A stretch of DNA of 63,373 bases, filler included, from Asterionella formosa (Eukaryota), in the NCBI GenBank assembly GCA_002256025.1. It is 6 parts of 6 records of this genome, joined end to end, with 100 filler letters (N's around TTAATTAATTAA, not from the genome) between each part and the next. Parts side by side here need not be neighbours in the genome. Positions count along the whole stretch, not along the records: positions 57,985 to 59,713 come from NKIB01001351.1; positions 59,814 to 61,543 come from NKIB01001352.1; positions 61,644 to 63,373 come from NKIB01001353.1; 3 more parts are not named here. One strand, 5' to 3'. Positions 57,885 through 63,373 of this stretch are shown here, one piece after another. Both the position numbers and the translations under genes were made by a program. The notes beneath the pieces were generated by a model. It did no database searches. It had not been told where the DNA came from and saw only the letters and a list, made by a program, of their open reading frames with translations. The number at the start of each line of letters is the position of its first letter. Positions within the stretch are counted from its first letter, which is position 1.

Positions 57885-58149
57885 NNNNNNNNNNNNNNNN
57901 NNNNNNNNNNNNNNNNNNNNNNNNNNNNTTAATTAATTAANNNNNNNNNNNNNNNNNNNNNNNNNNNNNNNNNNNNNNNNNNNNGACAGAAAATAATAGG
58001 GAAAAACATTGTACCACCATAACTGTAGGTGCTGATAAAAGATGTAGACGTTCTACCTGGTACCGGTAGTAACTCGTCAGCATGGCTAATTATCGCGCCA
58101 GTTAAATTCATAAAAGCAATTTTATGATAACTACCGGGTAGGTATGCCA

Positions 58150-58470
58150 GAACATATGGTGTTCTGTTGCTCGCTTATTACTCCGACTATTGGTTTTTAG
58201 TTTTACGATCATAAAATCCTAGAACTATGATGATTTATTGTCCCACGGTAGTAGCAACAGTCCTGAATATATGGTATTCCATTGGTTTTTAGTTTTACGA
58301 TCATACAATCCTAAAATTATGATGATTTACTGTCCCGCTGCAATAGCAACAGTCATGAACATATGGTGTTCTTTTGGATCATAATTTTACGATCATACAA
58401 TCCTAAAACTATGATGATTTACTGTCCCACTGCAGTAGCAACAGTCCTGAACATATGGTGTTCTGTTGCT
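58150..58470. repeat. Minisatellite, ~3.3 copies of a ~92-bp unit
   Basis: gaa(c/t)atatggt.ttc at 58150, 58265, 58357 and 58449, with ttttacgatcata.aatccta.aa.tatgatgattta.tgtccc in each unit. Confidence 0.9.
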
Positions 58471-59813
58471 AGTTTACCGGTACTACTCCGACTACCCCCA
58501 GTATATCAGTTACTACCTGCTACTGGTACTCTGTATGTATAAATGATACATTGTTATTGTCATATGATGTACCGGTACACATGAAGAGCTCCCGCCCAAA
58601 AAAGGGGATTAAACAATTTGCTACCAAAACCCTTGCGGCATTTGAACGGTCTAAATAATTAGTTTCAACGGACGTAGAAAATATCGATGCAAACAAATTT
58701 CTGAAACAATTCCGGTACACGTAGTTGTGGAAAACAATGGACATATAGTGCATTGAGTATTTTCGAATTATGTATATGCGAGTATGGCCATCTCAACCAT
58801 ATCAGATGTTCCATATCGAGAGCGCCTTTGAATTTTATAAATGTATATTACTTAATATATATATATACATATATTTACAAATTTTATTACTATATTCATG
58901 GCATATTTATTTTTGAAATCGTTCTGTCATGTTAACAAACAATGCCTGCTGCTTCATGAAAAGATATGTCGTAGTAAAGCACATGAAAAGCAAAGTAAGT
59001 TTACGCAATACATAACGAAAAACATTGTGACTTCGACACATTGTGCCTTCGAAGGATGGAGAATGTTTAAGGTAATGAAGCCATCAATGTGGTACTAGGA
59101 TGACAATCGTTGGGAGACAGGCAGCACAACATCAAATTGTTAACTAAACGCAGCCACATTTTCTTTTTTCTCAGTTGATTAAACAGCTCGTTTCGCTTGT
59201 TGGGGAGCACCAATGTAAAACAAAACCGAACCAAATTGCGTAAGTGCTCTTGTCGCTCGTTGGACCTTTTCACTTCTGTTGGAACAAAGCTGACAAAACG
59301 TTTACCTTCTCTCAAAGTGAAGATGACAAAAATGAACCGGTAAGTTTTATTCGACAACATTGGATACCCGAAACTTACTTATTCAAGAATTTGGCTTACT
59401 GAAAAGTTACTATAACAGACTTATGCATCCTCAGTTGCATTGATTTGTGGTAAGTGAAGCAAGAGGATACGATGGAATTGCGTGTCGTTGTTTCAATGTA
59501 ACATGACTACTAGCTAACAAATCATTCCTTCTCATTGTTTCTGTAACTGCATAGGACCATAAAACCAATCAAACAACGGAATAGTTGGCGAAAAATGCTA
59601 GTATGGCTTGTCAGCTCACGCATTGTTGTTGACAACAGGCAGGGACAATGAGGTCCGGAATGGAAGTTGTTCTGGTAAGATTACTGCGCTATTTTGACGG
59701 CTATATGAGCAACNNNNNNNNNNNNNNNNNNNNNNNNNNNNNNNNNNNNNNNNNNNNTTAATTAATTAANNNNNNNNNNNNNNNNNNNNNNNNNNNNNNN
59801 NNNNNNNNNNNNN

Positions 59814-61543
59814 CGCTTGAAAGGTAGGCCGTGTGCACACGAGCGTAGTCGCTCCTTGATGGTTCGGATGGACCGTTCCACTTCACCAACGTGACTGTCA
59901 GCAGGTACAATGTTTAATGCGATAGGTTGCAAGTCCTCACGAACACACTCGAGTTCACTGTCAGCATGCACATCACAAACCTGTAGACCGCGTAGGTGGT
60001 AGAGGCGGACCGCACTCCGAATTTTGCGTAGAATGGTAGCCTTGGTCCGGTCGGGAACCAGGTCCACGGTTCGGAAACCAATACCGCGTGAGATGGTATG
60101 AAAAAATGGTAGACCCTGCGCAAAGAAGAAATCGGCGCACAACGTCACGTTGTGGTGATGCTCCAGGATTGGGGCAGGAATCGGTTCGGCCACAAACGTT
60201 GGCGCTCTTTGAGCGGCGCGCGACCGCGTAGTTTTACCTTTTATGGCAGCGATGTCTGGACCGTAAATAATGAGGGCGCGCTTGGCGTCGTCTGGCGTCA
60301 CTGGGCAATTTCTAATCAAGTTGTTCCGTAGGATGGATTGGAATTCCGCCTCGGCAGGCCGCCCGATCTTTCTATACAAATCTCTGGCTGCATTGGCTGA
60401 TTGAATTTCACGTCGTGAGAATAGTTTCTTCTGTTCTGCTACTGTGGATAGCATGGTATAACCTGTAACACTGTCGTTAGTATCGTTGTTACAGCCAAAC
60501 ACATACAGTCCTGAGGGGTGCTCAAGAAATTTCATCACAGTTCCATCGAGTCTATGGACAAGCATCGCGGGCTCGTCCGCAAAGTCCATGGTGACACGGC
60601 ATACCTTGCGCACCTCAGCAAGGGAGAGGATGTTGGCAATTGATTCACGGTTGTACCAAACCTTACCCAAGTTGGGAAAATCTCCTACCATGTTGGAGTC
60701 CTGGTAGCCTCCATTTGTGAGCGCCCTGAGTACGTAAGAGCTACGCCGGATGTTGCTGAGCATGTCGGCGTTCTTGAACACGGAGATTGTCGACTGCGAG
60801 TCGAGAAGGATCCACTTAGGATCAATCCCAGGGTCGCTGGTCTGTGCAAGCATGTATGCATACTGCGTCAATGTAGTGCCTGAGGTCGTCGATCCCTGCC
60901 TGTCAGGGCAGTCTCCCGCGTAGTGTCCTTGGCTTTGGCAGTTGTAACAGATGATGCCATCATGTAACACTCCATTACTGCCTGCGATTTCGCCACGTTG
61001 TGTAAACGTCATTGCACTGGCCTCAGGGCTTCCAGTCGGCTGGGGGCGTGGTGTATCTGTCCTGAAGCTGGTGTTCGTTGGAGTTCTGTAGTTGACGAGA
61101 AGGCTTTGGGCTGACAACAAATCGGTGGGGTACTGGTCAATTCCCATTGCATACTGGTTTGACAGGTCAGTGATGAGGGTGCCATACCTGGTGGGGTCAG
61201 CACTTCGAATCAGAGCGATTGCAAGGGTGCGTTCACGTGCGATCTCCTTTCGCTCTTCAGTGCTACGCCCATTCCCGTCCTGATCCTGGAAGGGTACCAG
61301 TTTGTAATTTGCTGCCACGGTGCCGCCATGGTACTCGATGGTCTCAGCCCATCCTCGCAAACACTCGACGTAGTCTTCTGCGGACTGTCCTTGTAACTGA
61401 CGACAATTGAGGAAACTGGTCTGGGCGTCCAAAAGTGCAATGAAACCATTCCTGCTCTGATCGAACTGTAAAGTAATCGACTTGATCTGTTTTAGAAGCC
61501 AAAAACAATCGTTGTTGGCAGTCTTGTCCTTGTAGTCATCGTG
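59814..61543 (-). mobile_element. Ty1/Copia gag-protease-integrase segment, open frame across the whole contig
   Basis: Zn knuckle CYNCQSQGHYAGDC, protease WILLDSQSTISVF, integrase ADFFFAQGLPFFHTIS / HADSELEC / HVGEVERSIRTIKER; no stops from 61543 to 59814. Confidence 0.95.
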
Positions 61544-61645
61544 NNNNNNNNNNNNNNNNNNNNNNNNNNNNNNNNNNNNNNNNNNNNTTAATTAATTAAN
61601 NNNNNNNNNNNNNNNNNNNNNNNNNNNNNNNNNNNNNNNNNNNGT

Positions 61646-62106
61646 GGTCGGATTTTTGAATTTCTTGTGATCAAGCACTGTTCAATCAATGCAAATGGTA
61701 CTTTTTTGAAAGGATTTTCGGCATTGAAGAAATGCAATCTCATTGAAATATTTCTTCCAAAGCAAGAGTTCTTTTCCCTTGATAGATACCCATTCCTCCA
61801 ATATGTTGCCAGAAATTATGATTTAAATTTCCTGCAATTGATGTCATCTGGAAGTGTGGCAATAGTGTGTGTGGTGTCCAGGTACATGTTTCCAAACATC
61901 ACAATGTACTGAAAAAGTTTACAGTAATGTGTAAAAAGGCGGGATGGCTTACAAAGCTCAAGACGATTTATTTGCTTTATTTAAGTCCTGATCAAAGTGT
62001 TGCTAACTCTGTTCAAAACCTTATTCCTAAAACACAGGGGCGAATCACAGTTGTTGCACTATGCAAGACCAGTAATACCCTGTCTCAAGACTCTACAATG
62101 GCCTAA
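61646..62106 (+). pseudogene. C-terminal PD-(D/E)xK restriction-endonuclease-like domain of a Crinkler-type protein (frameshifted)
   Basis: GRIFEFLVI in one frame, then KFPAIDVIWKCGNSVCGVQVHVSKHH...IYLLYLSP in the adjacent frame after a shift near 61820. Confidence 0.65.
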
Positions 62107-62254
62107 ACCAATGTAATGAAGAAAGATATTGTTTCAGAATTTGGGGTGCTAGGAGGGTAAGGGGAGCACGCCTTCTAAGGATCATGTACACATAGTGCTA
62201 AGGATCTATTCTAGAGTTTAGAGACCATTATAAACTGCTTAGACCACTATAACA

Positions 62255-62370
62255 TTAGGATTGGGTTAGGGTCAAGGGATTCTGCCATGTAGGTGTCATC
62301 GCTATGCAGCACCCAGCACTTCTAGGGAGATGGGTGTTACATGAGCACATGATACAACTAACCCAAGGGC
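62255..62370 (+). repeat. Telomere-repeat-tipped dispersed element, copy 2 (partial third copy near 62155-62185)
   Basis: ttaggattgggttagggtcaaggga..gcca.gtagg.gtcatcgctat..agcacccagcacttctaggga..tggg aligns with the reverse complement of 4080-4195. Confidence 0.7.
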
Positions 62371-62516
62371 TATTATTATCAATTTTCATTGTGCATCACT
62401 TAATTTGAAATTTTTTGGAAAATGTATCATCAACGATAACTCGATTTGAACCAAAGTTCATCCATTCCAAACATGAGACTGTATCACTATTTTGTGATCA
62501 CAGTGTATTATCATAG

Positions 62517-63373
62517 AGAGCTTACTTTTGAACCTACTTTACCTCCGTCTGATGATCCTTTATCTCCTTCTGATCCTATTGGGCCCGTCTTTTCCCCTGA
62601 CGATTCTTACTGGATGAATGGGCTCCAAAAAGTGCGGTTTGATGATTGCAAGAGTCGGGGAATCTTATATCGCCCTGAAATTGTGAAGGCAATGTTAAAA
62701 GCGGTTGAAGATGCCTTCAAAAAAGGTGGTCCGGCTGGAATCATGATTAAGGGACCGCATGGAATTGGCAAGTCGCACTCACTTGTCAACTTGGTTCGTA
62801 CGCTGCAATATGACAGTAGCTGCAAGTACCTCGTAACTATGATTTCAGACTGTCAACGATGGGGCGACGTTGACGATTTGTATACTGCGATCTGCAGTTC
62901 ATTTGGTACTTCATTATCTGCTCCTCTCTCGTGGTCGAGCAGCTCAGCTTTGGTTTCGCAATCGAAACACCTCAATACTTTTGTCAATGGCGTGGACTTG
63001 ATTCTTCGACGTATGAAGTAGAAATGGGTCCTGGTATTCGATCAGATCAACAGATTGTTTACTCGATTCACTACAGTGGATGTCAAAGATCTGGGTTCGC
63101 TTCCCTTTCCTTTTAAGATCATCATTGATATAATGCAGGGAGGCCACATTGTCTCCATCATTTCAGCTTCAGCAAACAACGAGGTTGCCTACATAGAAAG
63201 GCATTCAGGCTTTGAGGAATACAATCACCCTTGCAAAATGGATTTGGACGAAATAAAGCTCGCCTTTGAAGAAGTATCTACACTGAATGACTGCGAAAAA
63301 GTTTTGAAGGTGACTGGTGGGGTACCCTGGCAGGTGAAGAAATTGATTTCCTTTACCCTTTCTATCGATGATT
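62517..63373 (+). pseudogene. Crinkler-type/STAND-like P-loop NTPase with in-frame TAG at 63019-63021, runs off window end
   Basis: Walker A IMIKGPHGIGKS; after the TAG the frame continues KWVLVFDQIN (Walker B), IISASANNE, KVTGGVPWQV (GxP motif) to the window end. Confidence 0.75.

Noticed and set aside
59814..62106. Copia element carrying or inserted into the Crinkler-type locus
   Set aside because: The two are separated by an artificial linker, so adjacency is unproven.
217..63021. Three in-frame TAG codons (217-219, 5297-5299, 63019-63021) suggesting TAG reassignment
   Set aside because: Conserved genes here (Gemin2, GPR89-like) end at TAG, none of the housekeeping genes has an internal TAG, and the relics also carry TGA stops and frameshifts; ordinary decay explains it.

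Overview
Eukaryotic nuclear DNA, most consistent with a diatom or other stramenopile (inference from compact genes with short 67-103 nt GT-AG introns, diatom-type Ty1/Copia fragments, diatom-style ankyrin repeats and TTAGGG-type repeats). The window is a scaffold: five 100-nt N-padded TTAATTAATTAA linkers and two plain N gaps mean some adjacencies are not guaranteed. The repeat-rich left part (1-~22 kb) holds a Copia gag relic, a hypervariable LRR-Zn-finger-like-ARM repeat gene broken by one in-frame TAG with a detached ARM cassette bracketed by telomere-like repeats, a Copia RT relic, a large low-complexity ORF, a decayed DDE transposase, hairpins, a minisatellite, IWS1 and a tRNA-Ala-derived SINE-like insert. 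The gene-dense core (22-56 kb) encodes mS38/COX24-like, a bacterial-type PGM1-like ATP-grasp ligase, GGCT, a fucosyltransferase-like protein, GUF1, an Ndc1-like membrane protein, FEX, MCM8, Gemin2, a FIT-like protein, CLEC16A/TT9, PNP, an SLC25 carrier, EHD, a CesT-fold protein, GPR89/GTG and a GT92-like protein. The right end has an intact Copia gag-PR-IN contig and tandem Crinkler-type NTPase/restriction-endonuclease relics separated by a second copy of the telomere-repeat-tipped element. Intergenic DNA is studded with GGTACC/TACCGGTA palindromic micro-arrays. All family calls come from motif recognition, not database searches.
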